In this document: positions 8,968 to 18,147 of the stretch, one piece after another
Numbering within the stretch: the first letter of the stretch is position 1
Layout: every line of letters starts with the position of its first letter
NCBI GenBank assembly: GCA_964439885.1
Contig: CAYTPE010000003.1
Location: forward strand, 1 to 47,968
Length of the DNA: 47,968 nt
Source: an uncultured Gammaproteobacteria bacterium
GTDB taxonomy: Bacteria > Patescibacteriota > Patescibacteriia > Magasanikbacterales > GWA2-37-8
Direction: 5' to 3'
The notes under the pieces: model-generated
Databases searched by the model: none
What the model saw: the letters and a program-made list of their open reading frames with translations, nothing else
Told to the model about the DNA's origin: nothing
Program-made: the position numbers and the translations under genes

Positions 8968-8981
8968 CAACCTATAGTAGG

Positions 8982-8990
8982 TTATCCACA
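8982..8990 (+). promoter_or_regulatory. Perfect DnaA box TTATCCACA upstream of nrdA
   Basis: An exact 9-mer match to the consensus. Confidence 0.5.
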
Positions 8991-8997
8991 GTTTTGA

Positions 8998-9013
8998 CCA
9001 CTACATATAGTGT
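8998..9013 (+). promoter_or_regulatory. NrdR-box-like palindrome
   Basis: ccactacatatagtgt matches the NrdR box consensus acacTAtATaTAgtgt at about 14/16 positions. It sits just upstream of an extended -10 (tgctatact, 9022-9030). Confidence 0.45.
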
Positions 9014-9236
9014 TTAATGTGTGCTATACTAAGAACGTCCATTTGAGCAATATATCGTGAGCCGTGCCCGTAATAAAAGGCACGGCTTTCAGTCAGATAG
9101 TGTGCTGTAGATAAGGTGTGGGCGACACGCTCGTACTACAAAATGGAAAATTCGTTTATTGTTAGTTGCTGGTTGTTAATTGCGGATGCCGCATCGCAAA
9201 ACAACAACCTACAATTAACCATTAACAATCCTTTAT

Positions 9237-12134
9237 ATGGGAGTCGTTCAGAAAATAAAAAAGCGCAACGGCGCCATCGTTGATTTCGATGTGCAAAAAA
9301 TCGCGCTTGCGATCCAAAAAGCATTCCAGGAAGTTCGTGGTTCGGTCGATGTTGTGAAGGTGCAGACACTCACCGAGCACGTGATCCAGCAGGTGGATGC
9401 TTTTTTTGGCAACACCACGCCAGCGGTGGAAAATATCCAAGACTTCGTGGAGCGCGAACTGATGCAAGAAGGATTTTTTGATGTAGCAAAAGCATATATT
9501 TTGTATCGCTACGAACATGCCAAGGTGCGCGAAGAAAAAAAGAAAGAGGTACTGGAAAAAATTGAAAAGAACGATCTCACGGTGGTAAAACGCTCCGGCA
9601 AAACAGAAAATTTCTCAATGGACAAACTCCGTCGCAGCCTGAGCTTCGCCGTGAAGGGGCTCGAGAAAGAAGTAGATATGGAAGCTGTGCTCCAACAGTG
9701 TCGCTCCGAACTCTACGAAGGCATCACCACCAAAGACGTGGCCCGCGCCCTCATCATGACCGCTCGCGCGATGATCGAGCAAGACCCCGCGTACTCCAAG
9801 GTGGCCGCCCGACTTCTTTTGTACATCAACTACAAAGAATTCATCGGGGCAGATGTTATTGATTATTCCAAGCTCGACTCGCAATACCGTGAAGCCTTTA
9901 TTCGCAATCTTAAGAAAGGTGTGGAGATCGGCCGCCTCGACCCACGGCTCCTTGCGTTTGACTTGGAAAAGCTGAGTCAGGCACTGGTGATCGAACGCGA
10001 CGACATGTTTGTGTACCTTGGTTTACAGACACTGTTTGATCGCTATTTTGTGGCCGACTACTCTACTAAACGCGTATTGGAAACTCCGCAAACTTTCTGG
10101 ATGCGCATCGCTATGGGCACTGCCATCAATGAAAAACAAAAATTCGATTGGACTGTCAGATTCTACGACATCATGAGCAAGCTCTTGTACACTCCATCAA
10201 CTCCAACCCTTTTTCACGCTGGCACACCAAAGCCACAACTCAGCAGCTGCTACCTCAACACGGTGTCCGATTCACTTGATAACATCTTCAAAACCTATTC
10301 CGACAATGCGCAGCTTTCTAAGTGGAGCGGCGGTATCGGTACAGACTGGACAAACATCCGCGGCACGGGCGCCTTTATCGAAGGCACGGGCGTGGAGTCG
10401 CAAGGCGTCATTCCTTTTCTCAAAATCGCTAACGACGTCACCGTGGCCATCAACCGCTCTGGTCGTCGTCGTGGCGCCGCCTGTGTATACCTCGAAACAT
10501 GGCACTATGATATTGAGGCCTTCCTTGAGCTACGCAAAAACACCGGTGACGAACGCCGCCGCACCCACGACATGGATACCAGCAACTGGATCCCTGATCT
10601 CTTCATGAAACGGGTTAAAGAAGACGGTAATTGGACATTATTCTCTCCGGACGAAACACCAGACCTCCACCACATCTACGGTCGACGCTTTGACGAGCGG
10701 TACGAAATGTACGAGAAGATGGCCGATGAAGGAAAAATCAAACTTTTCAAACGCATGAAGGCGCGCGATCTGTGGAAGAAAATGCTTGGCATGCTATTCG
10801 AAACCGGCCACCCATGGATCACCTTCAAAGATCCAAGCAATGTGCGCTCACCACAAGATCATGTGGGTGTGGTACACAACTCCAACCTCTGTACCGAGAT
10901 CACTCTCAACACCAGCGAAAATGAAACTGCCGTGTGCAACCTCGGCTCACTCAACTTTGCTAAATTCGTCACCAATGGTAAGTACGATGTGGAGCTCGTG
11001 CGCGATGTGGTCACCACTGCCATGCGCATGCTCGACAATGTGATCGACATCAACTACTACCCCACCGAAGATGCTAAACGCTCCAATATGCGTCATCGCC
11101 CCGTTGGCCTTGGTATCCGCGGCTTCCAAGATGCTCTCTACGCGCTTAATATCGATTTTGACTCAGAAGCTTGTGTGAAATTTGCGGATTACAGCATGGA
11201 GGTGGTGGCCTACTATGCTTATATGGCATCGAGTGAACTAGCCAAAGAGCGCGGCGCCTACGAAACGTTCCGTGGTAGTAAATGGGACCGAGGTATCATG
11301 CCCCTCGACACCATCGCGCTTCTCGAAAAAGAGCGCGGTATCGCTATCGACGTGGATCGCACCAGCACAATGGATTGGGATGCGCTACGCCACAACATTC
11401 ACATGTACGGCATGCGTAACTCGAACTGCTTGGCCGTGGCTCCAACCGCTACTACCGCCAACATTGTGGGCTGCATTCCCACAGTTGAGCCTATCTACAA
11501 AAATCTCTACGTAAAATCGAATCAAGCGGGCGACTTCATTGTTATCAATCCATATCTCGTGGAAGAACTCAAAAAACTCAATCTGTGGGACTTTGAAATG
11601 CTTGCTAAAATTAAATACCACGACGGATCTATTGCCGAAATCAATGAAATTCCCGAACACGTTCGCAACAAATATAAAGAGACTTTTGAAATTAATCCAA
11701 AATGGATTATTAAATCGGCCGCGTATCGTGGCAAATGGATCGACCAATCACAGTCCATCAACATCTACTTCAAGAGCACGAGTGGCAAAGATCTTTCGGA
11801 TGCTTACATGTACGCTTGGGAAATGGGCCTCAAAACCACCTACTACCTGCGCACTTTGGCCGCTTCACAAGTAGAAAAGTCTACCGTGAATACCTCGGAG
11901 TTTGGCTCTACCCATATTCGCAAAGATGTGCTAAAAGATATTGTGAAAGAACCAAAAAGCACTCCAGTAGCCACCCAGGCAACCACGATTCCCGTACAGA
12001 GCGCGCCGGTTGACCACACCAGCTCTGTCGCCTCATCTATGGCTGCCAAAGCCGCCGAAGCCAAAGCAGCTGGTACCACCACCGTCAAGGCGTGCCTTCT
12101 GAATGACCCAACGTGCGAATCGTGCCAATCATAA
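9237..12134 (+). CDS. nrdA: Ribonucleoside-diphosphate reductase alpha subunit (class I, with ATP-cone)
   Basis: 965 aa. It has an N-terminal ATP-cone (VQKIKKRNGAIVDFDVQKI), the catalytic NLCTEI motif and a C-terminal Cys pair (CESCQS) after a long low-complexity linker. Confidence 0.96.
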   Translation: MGVVQKIKKRNGAIVDFDVQKIALAIQKAFQEVRGSVDVVKVQTLTEHVIQQVDAFFGNTTPAVENIQDFVERELMQEGFFDVAKAYILYRYEHAKVREEKKKEVLEKIEKNDLTVVKRSGKTENFSMDKLRRSLSFAVKGLEKEVDMEAVLQQCRSELYEGITTKDVARALIMTARAMIEQDPAYSKVAARLLLYINYKEFIGADVIDYSKLDSQYREAFIRNLKKGVEIGRLDPRLLAFDLEKLSQALVIERDDMFVYLGLQTLFDRYFVADYSTKRVLETPQTFWMRIAMGTAINEKQKFDWTVRFYDIMSKLLYTPSTPTLFHAGTPKPQLSSCYLNTVSDSLDNIFKTYSDNAQLSKWSGGIGTDWTNIRGTGAFIEGTGVESQGVIPFLKIANDVTVAINRSGRRRGAACVYLETWHYDIEAFLELRKNTGDERRRTHDMDTSNWIPDLFMKRVKEDGNWTLFSPDETPDLHHIYGRRFDERYEMYEKMADEGKIKLFKRMKARDLWKKMLGMLFETGHPWITFKDPSNVRSPQDHVGVVHNSNLCTEITLNTSENETAVCNLGSLNFAKFVTNGKYDVELVRDVVTTAMRMLDNVIDINYYPTEDAKRSNMRHRPVGLGIRGFQDALYALNIDFDSEACVKFADYSMEVVAYYAYMASSELAKERGAYETFRGSKWDRGIMPLDTIALLEKERGIAIDVDRTSTMDWDALRHNIHMYGMRNSNCLAVAPTATTANIVGCIPTVEPIYKNLYVKSNQAGDFIVINPYLVEELKKLNLWDFEMLAKIKYHDGSIAEINEIPEHVRNKYKETFEINPKWIIKSAAYRGKWIDQSQSINIYFKSTSGKDLSDAYMYAWEMGLKTTYYLRTLAASQVEKSTVNTSEFGSTHIRKDVLKDIVKEPKSTPVATQATTIPVQSAPVDHTSSVASSMAAKAAEAKAAGTTTVKACLLNDPTCESCQS

Positions 12135-12206
12135 CTAGTTCATAGCCAATAGTTTGTCAGGGGGGGGCTATTGGCTTCGAACTATTGGCTATTTACTTAA
12201 TATACT

Positions 12207-13241
12207 ATGCCTATAACAAAGACAGATGAAAAAGTGGATATTAATAAACGCCGTGTTATCAATGGAGCGGATGCCGACGTAATTCAGCTGTACCCGATGC
12301 GCCACCTCTTTGCGTGGGAAGCCTACAACACCGGCAACGCCAACCATTGGCTCCCTACGGAGATTTCCATGCAAAAAGATATCGAACAGTGGAAATCGCC
12401 CACCGCGCTCTCTGAGGACGAACGTAAGGCCTTAAAAACGGTTCTAGGGTTCTTCACCACCGCCGATAGCATCGCCGCCAACAACGTAGTGCTCGCCATG
12501 TACCGCCACATCACTTCTCCTGAGTGCCGCATGTACCTCTTGCGCCAAGCCTATGAAGAAGCTATTCACACTCACTCATACCAATACATTGTAGAAAGCC
12601 TTGGGCTCGATGAAGGTGAAATATTTAACATGTATCGCGAGGTGGATGCGATCTATAACAAAGACGCGTTTGTGCTCTCGTTCAACGAAGGCATCTTCAA
12701 CTCTGACTTCAAAACCGGTACGTTCGCCAACGACCAAAAGTTTCTTGAGAACATGGTGGTGTTTTCACTTATTCTTGAAGGTATCTTCTTCTACAGCAGC
12801 TTCGCCGTCATGTTCGGCTTCCAGCGCCAAAATAAAATGCAGGGTGCGGCCGAGCAAATTCAATATATCATGCGCGACGAAAGTCAACACCTCAACTTCG
12901 GCATCAACATCATCAACACCATCAAGGAAGAGCAGCCCGAGCTTTGGACACCCGAATTCCAAACACACGCCATTGATTTGGTACGTCAGGCGGTAGACCT
13001 AGAGGCCAAATTTGCCGCTGAGGTGTTCCCTAAGGGCATCTTCGGCATGAATGCGGATGGTTTCCGCAAATACATCGAATACATCGCTGACAGGCGTTTA
13101 AGCCGCGTTGGGCTCCCTCTGCAATACAACACCCCCAACCCCTTCCCGTGGATGAGTGAAGCGATCGACCTCAACAAAGAAAAGAACTTCTTCGAAACCC
13201 GTGTAACAGAATACCAGGTTGGTGGAACGTTAGATTGGTAA
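12207..13241 (+). CDS. nrdB: Ribonucleoside-diphosphate reductase beta subunit
   Basis: 344 aa. Iron ligand and radical motifs are EEAIHTHSYQYI (Tyr retained) and RDESQHLNFG. Confidence 0.95.
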   Translation: MPITKTDEKVDINKRRVINGADADVIQLYPMRHLFAWEAYNTGNANHWLPTEISMQKDIEQWKSPTALSEDERKALKTVLGFFTTADSIAANNVVLAMYRHITSPECRMYLLRQAYEEAIHTHSYQYIVESLGLDEGEIFNMYREVDAIYNKDAFVLSFNEGIFNSDFKTGTFANDQKFLENMVVFSLILEGIFFYSSFAVMFGFQRQNKMQGAAEQIQYIMRDESQHLNFGINIINTIKEEQPELWTPEFQTHAIDLVRQAVDLEAKFAAEVFPKGIFGMNADGFRKYIEYIADRRLSRVGLPLQYNTPNPFPWMSEAIDLNKEKNFFETRVTEYQVGGTLDW

Positions 13242-13252
13242 AAATAGAATAT

Positions 13253-13280
13253 AAAAGCGTGCTTTTCTCAGCACGCTTTT
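13253..13280. terminator. Bidirectional intrinsic terminator between nrdB and the convergent gene
   Basis: aaaagcgtgc / gcacgctttt is a 10-bp stem with an A-run and T-run on either side. Confidence 0.7.
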
Positions 13281-13291
13281 ATATTTACTTT

Positions 13292-13633
13292 TTATTTGTC
13301 CAAATCGACCTTACCCAACACGTCATCAATTCTTAAATGTTGATTTTTTCTTGGAGCTACAAGTTGTTGTTTTTCTACATCGGACAAATAATCCAATACG
13401 ATCTTTTTTTGTGCCTCAGTTAGGCCTTCATAAAGTTTTCTTCTTTCCTCTGTTTTATGGAGTTTTCTAAAATCCACCAGAAAACTTGCCGCAAAGAGAT
13501 ATGGGTTTTCTTCGAGTCTTTGTTGTACAATTTTATCACCTAGGCTTTTCACCTGCGTTAATTCTATAGGTTCTTCGTTTTCATCAACTTGTCGTTGGTG
13601 CTCAATATCCATTTCTATTCTGTCGGCCTCCAT
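13292..13633 (-). CDS. Hypothetical protein downstream of dnaN
   Basis: 113-aa charged ORF with no recognised motif. Confidence 0.5.
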   Translation of the reverse strand: MEADRIEMDIEHQRQVDENEEPIELTQVKSLGDKIVQQRLEENPYLFAASFLVDFRKLHKTEERRKLYEGLTEAQKKIVLDYLSDVEKQQLVAPRKNQHLRIDDVLGKVDLDK

Positions 13634-13664
13634 ATATTTGGTAGGTTAAAAAATAAAATATGCT

Positions 13665-14789
13665 TTATTGCCGTATCGGCATGACTATATATAAATAACT
13701 TTTATCTCCTGATGGGGTCAGCACACACGCGCTATCCGAATTTATTACCTTAAGCTCGGTGGTGCTTGTGGCGATGTTGTTGAGGCCGTCCAACACATAC
13801 CGATTGTTGAGTAAGATGTTGTTTTCACTACCAGAGATGTCTGCTGGCAACTCGGAAACATACTCACCGGTTTGGGTAGAGGTGGAAGAAATTTTTATAC
13901 TACCGTTTGCTGGTTCAACAGCAACCGTTACCGCGTTTACCCCAGAAGTAGTGAAAAGACCACTCGCCTTCATTTCTTTTATCATCTGCGCCGTATCCAC
14001 CACCGCGGTTGTTTGAAAATTTTGGGGAATAATTTGAGTGTAGTCTGGGTATTGCCCCTCGACCAAACGAGAAATAATCTGCGCATTTCCATATGTTATC
14101 ATTATCTGGTTCTCCCCTACAATTATGCGCACGTTTTTTTCTCCATCTCCCCCTTCTAAACCACCAAGCATGTGATTTATCTCCTGAGCTGTTCTTCCTG
14201 GTAGAATTATTCGCATTTCATCTGCGCCCTGGGTGAGTGGAGCCTTTTTCTCAGCCAATCTGTAGCTGTCAGTTGCGGCAAGTGTCAGCCCTGGGGTACC
14301 GCCCGTATTAAAACCACACAAAACACCGGAGAGTTCCGGTCGAATATCGTTCTTGGCTACTGCTGGTAAAACCTGTTGTAACCCTTGTCGCAAGTCTTCG
14401 GCTTGCATGGTAAAACCACTTCCACCTTCAATGTGGGGAATAATTGGAAAGTCTTCAGCTGAAGCGCCCTTGATTTTGGTGGACGACTTACCAGAACGAA
14501 CAATTAATTCGTTGCCTTCCACCCACAGATCGATTTTGTCGTTCGGAAGCAGGGCAACGTAATCAGCGAGGGTCCGTGCTGGCACAGTAAACGAGCCAGA
14601 CTCTTCTATTTTTGCACGCACAGACACTTTAATACCAAGCTCAAGGTTGGTTGCGGCGAGTTCAACTTTTTGATCATCCACCACAAACATCACATTGCTT
14701 AAAATAGGTAGGTTAATATTTTTGCCCGTGACACCACTCGTAAGTGCAAGTGCTTGGGATAAATTGTCTTTGGTACAGGACAGCTTCAT
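13665..14789 (-). CDS. dnaN: DNA polymerase III beta sliding clamp
   Basis: 374 aa with a typical start (MKLSCTKDNLSQAL) and end (…YLYIVMPIRQ). It lies directly after dnaA. Confidence 0.95.
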   Translation of the reverse strand: MKLSCTKDNLSQALALTSGVTGKNINLPILSNVMFVVDDQKVELAATNLELGIKVSVRAKIEESGSFTVPARTLADYVALLPNDKIDLWVEGNELIVRSGKSSTKIKGASAEDFPIIPHIEGGSGFTMQAEDLRQGLQQVLPAVAKNDIRPELSGVLCGFNTGGTPGLTLAATDSYRLAEKKAPLTQGADEMRIILPGRTAQEINHMLGGLEGGDGEKNVRIIVGENQIMITYGNAQIISRLVEGQYPDYTQIIPQNFQTTAVVDTAQMIKEMKASGLFTTSGVNAVTVAVEPANGSIKISSTSTQTGEYVSELPADISGSENNILLNNRYVLDGLNNIATSTTELKVINSDSACVLTPSGDKSYLYIVMPIRQ

Positions 14790-15151
14790 AGTTACTTTAT
14801 ATATGTATATAGTAATATATTAGTAATAATAAGGGCTGTGAATGGTGGGGAAAATAGCTTATTTGTGCTAATTTAAGCGCAAATTGTTGTTGATATGTAT
14901 AGTATTAAGACCCCACCCATTTCCACAGCTACTGTGGGTAACCACATGTATTAATGATGGGGTTGTTTATAACCCACCCCCATTGTGGATGTTTTTGTGG
15001 GTAAATTATTGATTTTTATACTCGTTTTTAACATCTTGTGCACAGATTTGTCCACAGACGCTTATTACACCAAATATCGGTATTTTTCCCTTATTTTAGC
15101 ATTTTTGTAACTTACCAACACTCAAAACAAACACTTTTCTTTGTGAATAAC
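14790..15151. other. oriC part 1: dnaA-dnaN intergenic DnaA-box cluster plus AT-rich unwinding region
   Basis: 8/9 DnaA boxes: tgtgggtaa at 14933-14941 and ~14996-15004, ttgtccaca at 15048-15056, tgtgaataa at 15142-15150. AT-rich run tatatatgtatatagtaatatattagtaataataa at 14798-14832. Confidence 0.7.
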
Positions 15152-16552
15152 TTAAATATTGTTAACGTACAGGCGCTGTTTGAGTGAGTCCATGTCTTGT
15201 TTGAGTTTTAAGTCGTTTTCCAGCTCTTTTTTGACCTTTTCATGGGCGTGCATGGCGGTAGTGTGGTCGCGGCCACCAAGTTCTTCACCAATGGCTGGGT
15301 AGCTCATTTTGAGCTCTTCACGCATCAAAAACATGATAATTTGTCGTGGGAGTGCCACCTTTTTTTCTCTATTTTTAGATAAAATCTCATCAATCGTGAG
15401 ATTGTAGAATTGTCCCACAACCTCAACAAGTTGACGAGGTGTAAGTGATTGACGCGATGAAACGCCTGATGTGCTCAGCAGCAGTGATTTAACCGAGTCG
15501 ATGGTGGGTGGTGTATTTTTGAGTTGGTGCCACGCCATTATCTTATTAAGCGCGCCCTCAAGCTCTCGGATGTTGCTTTGGACGTTAGCGGCAATAGTTT
15601 CGAGGATCTTAATATCAAGTGGGTAGGCTTTTTCACCGCATTTCTTTTCCAAAATAGCGATTCTGGTTTCAAAGTCAGGCGCGCTCACATCGGCGATCAT
15701 TCCCCACTCAAAGCGGGAGCGCAGACGCTCTTCGAGGGCTGGAATGGCTTTGGGCGGACGATCGGAGGTGATAATAACCTGCTTATTCTGTTGGTGTAAC
15801 TCGTTAAACGTGTGGAAAAACGATTCCTGCGTTCCTTCTTTGCCCGCAATAAACTGAATATCATCAATGAGTAGCAGATCGATATGGCGGTAGTTGGTTT
15901 GAAACTCCTTGGCTGTTTTTTCGCGAACCGAACGGATAAAATCGTTTGAAAAGCGCTCGGCGCTCACATACATAATATTGATATTGGGGTTGCGTTTCAT
16001 GAGTTCATTACCGACCGCTTGGATAAGGTGGGTTTTACCGAGCCCCACACCCCCATAAATGAAAAGCGGGTTGTATGCTTCCCCAGGTCGGTTCACTACT
16101 GCTTGGGCGGCGGCGTAAGCGAGTTCGCTGCCTTTTCCGTTAACGAAATTTTCAAAAGTATACTTCGGATTGATGGAAAAACCGCCGTTAATAGGTTGGG
16201 GTGTGCGGAAAGCGGGTTGTGGAGAATTAAAGTTCGCACTAGGCTCGGTAGGAATAGTATTTTCATTGACTGGGGCGGCGGTTCCGCTTTCGGTGATGCT
16301 CTTGAGGGAATCAATTTTATATTCAAGCTTGCGGATCGGCTTGCCGGAAATACGCTCAAGGGATTTTATGATGGTTTGGTGGTACTTTTTTTCCAGCCAC
16401 GCCTTGGTAAAGGCGTTTGGCACCACGAGCAACACCTGACCTTGCTGGAAGGTCATAATGCCCGTATTTTTAAACCAGGTAACAAAATTGGCCTTGGAAA
16501 TAGACAATTCCAGTTCAGCCAAAACCGCCTGCCAGAGCTCGTGGTTATTCAT
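15152..16552 (-). CDS. dnaA: Chromosomal replication initiator DnaA
   Basis: 466 aa with Walker A GGVGLGKTHL, LLIDDIQF, and the C-terminal DNA-binding GGRDHTTAMHA. Confidence 0.97.
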   Translation of the reverse strand: MNNHELWQAVLAELELSISKANFVTWFKNTGIMTFQQGQVLLVVPNAFTKAWLEKKYHQTIIKSLERISGKPIRKLEYKIDSLKSITESGTAAPVNENTIPTEPSANFNSPQPAFRTPQPINGGFSINPKYTFENFVNGKGSELAYAAAQAVVNRPGEAYNPLFIYGGVGLGKTHLIQAVGNELMKRNPNINIMYVSAERFSNDFIRSVREKTAKEFQTNYRHIDLLLIDDIQFIAGKEGTQESFFHTFNELHQQNKQVIITSDRPPKAIPALEERLRSRFEWGMIADVSAPDFETRIAILEKKCGEKAYPLDIKILETIAANVQSNIRELEGALNKIMAWHQLKNTPPTIDSVKSLLLSTSGVSSRQSLTPRQLVEVVGQFYNLTIDEILSKNREKKVALPRQIIMFLMREELKMSYPAIGEELGGRDHTTAMHAHEKVKKELENDLKLKQDMDSLKQRLYVNNI

Positions 16553-16800
16553 AGGTACAATTTACGTGAGATTAATTCCAAACAGTGTGGGGAGGCCACC
16601 GTGTCAGTGCATTCTAACACAGCCGCACAATTTGTCGAACTTTAGAGAAAAGAACGATGTGGAAAACATGTGGAAAAGCTGTGGATGGATTGGTGGTGGG
16701 GCGATAAGCTGTGGGTACTAAGTACTAAGCAGTAAACCACTTTTAGTATCATTGCTAAGAATCTAGTACATATCGCTTAATACCCACAAACGCACAACTG
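16553..16800. other. oriC part 2 / dnaA promoter region with tandem DnaA boxes
   Basis: tgtggaaaa at 16658-16666 and 16669-16677, tgtggatgg at 16680-16688, tgtgggtac at 16710-16718, and an acccaca-type box near 16781. Confidence 0.65.
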
Positions 16801-16853
16801 TTGACTCAAAACCATCTTTAGTGTATACTTTGAACTGTTACTAAATTCATTTT

Positions 16854-17033
16854 ATGGCCACCAAAAGAACTTACCAACCAAAGAAGCGCAAACGAGCCAA
16901 ATCTCATGGCTTCATGAAGCGCATGAGCACCAAGCAGGGTCGTGCCGTTTTGGCACGTCGCCGCTCCAAGGGTCGCAAGAAGCTTACGGTTTCTGATGAG
17001 ATCAAAGGCAAGCTGCGCCGCTACAAACGATAA
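16854..17033 (+). CDS. rpmH: 50S ribosomal protein L34
   Basis: A 59-aa ORF, below the ORF-track cutoff: [44 protein letters not shown]… A TTGACT-17-TATACT promoter sits at 16801-16829. Confidence 0.9.
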   Translation: MATKRTYQPKKRKRAKSHGFMKRMSTKQGRAVLARRRSKGRKKLTVSDEIKGKLRRYKR

Positions 17034-17044
17034 AGCTTGAAGCA

Positions 17045-17080
17045 AAGGCCGTGTCCAGCATACGGCCTTTTTATTTTTTT
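17045..17080 (+). terminator. Intrinsic terminator after rpmH
   Basis: aaggccgt…acggcctt stem followed by tttttattttttt. Confidence 0.75.
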
Positions 17081-17185
17081 AAATTGACGACGTACACGAA
17101 AAAGATTAAGATTAAGATTAAGGTCTTTTAAAAAAAATTTTAAAATTAATCTCGGTTTTTTTTAATAATCAATAATTTTTTTCCT

Positions 17186-17575
17186 GTGCTCACCTCAGCC
17201 AATAGATTAACCAAAGTTCGTGATTTTAATCTGCTTATGAAAAACGGCCGGTGGGTCAGTGGTCGGTTTATTGATCTTAAATTTTTACCACTTGTGTCGG
17301 CGCCAATTCCGAGAAAAGAGAACCCTGATAATTTCAAAAAACAGCTACGGTTAGCCACAACAGCAGGTTTAAAAATTTCGAAAAGCGCTGTTGTGCGAAA
17401 TCGGGCCAAACGGCAGATGCGTGAAGTGGTGAGACTCTTGCTCAAAGACAAAAAATTAAGAGTTGGTCACTATATTTTATTCGTAGCCAAAAAAGCTATT
17501 TTAGAAAAAAATTACGCTGAGATAAGCGACGAAATTAAATTATTATTAAAAAGATCAGGAATCTTCGTTGGTTAA
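17186..17575 (+). CDS. rnpA: Ribonuclease P protein component
   Basis: 129-aa basic protein (…NRLTKVRDFNLLMKNGR…) in the conserved rpmH-rnpA-yidD order. GTG start. Confidence 0.85.
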   Translation: MLTSANRLTKVRDFNLLMKNGRWVSGRFIDLKFLPLVSAPIPRKENPDNFKKQLRLATTAGLKISKSAVVRNRAKRQMREVVRLLLKDKKLRVGHYILFVAKKAILEKNYAEISDEIKLLLKRSGIFVG

Positions 17576-17644
17576 TATCTTACTATCACAATATAATAAT
17601 ATCTTGTCCGAAAGATATTCAAGATATTGTGATATTACGATATT
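17574..17644. repeat. Nested inverted-repeat structure between rnpA and yidD
   Basis: A 21-bp IR (17574-17594 versus 17624-17644, 19/21 match) encloses an 8-bp hairpin (17598-17605 / 17612-17619). Confidence 0.5.
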
Positions 17645-17646
17645 GT

Positions 17647-17916
17647 ATGTTGAAAAAGGTGCTGATTTTTATTATATCTTTGCCAAAAAACGTTATTTTG
17701 TTGCTCATAAAATTATATCAAATTACTTTGTCTCCGGATCATGGCTGGTATCGGGCAGCCTTTCCACACGGTTATTGTAAATTTTTTCCCACCTGCAGCG
17801 CATACGGTTATCAAGTTATAAAAAAAAGAGGCCTTGTAGTAGGCTCAGCTAAGACGATTTGGCGTGTTTTGCGGTGTAACCCGTGGAGTAAGGGTGGAAT
17901 AGATATTCCGAGCTAG
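17647..17916 (+). CDS. yidD: Membrane protein insertion efficiency factor YidD
   Basis: LIKLYQITLSP…CKFFPTCSAYGYQVIKK…RCNPWSKGGIDIP is the canonical YidD core. Confidence 0.85.
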   Translation: MLKKVLIFIISLPKNVILLLIKLYQITLSPDHGWYRAAFPHGYCKFFPTCSAYGYQVIKKRGLVVGSAKTIWRVLRCNPWSKGGIDIPS

Positions 17917-18143
17917 TCAGGCTGATCGTCGATCACAATAGTTTTTTTGCGCCCACGCAGACCAGAAGTGATGTGAAACAAACTTTTGGGCTTCTTGAAA
18001 GTAGCGCTCAAAAAATCAATCAGCATGCTATTGGCTGCTCCGTCTACCGGAGCCGCTTTTAATTTTATTTTAAAGTCATTTTCCGTAAGTCGAATAATTT
18101 CATTTTTTGATGAACGGGGAACCACCGACACCGTAATGCGCAT
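17913..18143 (-). CDS. DUF167 (YggU-like) protein
   Basis: 76 aa. VVPRSSKNEI…KLKAAPVDGAANSMLIDFLS matches the DUF167 pattern. Confidence 0.75.
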   Translation of the reverse strand: MRITVSVVPRSSKNEIIRLTENDFKIKLKAAPVDGAANSMLIDFLSATFKKPKSLFHITSGLRGRKKTIVIDDQPD

Positions 18144-18147
18144 ATCG

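Noticed and set aside
16019-16645. 208-aa plus-strand ORF, and similar long antisense ORFs elsewhere (27828-28400, 38320-38667, 37395-37823).
   Set aside because: They lie fully inside dnaA, polA, rpsT and holA on the opposite strand, and they have no motifs.
16818-17045. 75-aa minus-strand ORF.
   Set aside because: It is antisense to rpmH (16854-17033), whose product is an unmistakable L34 sequence.
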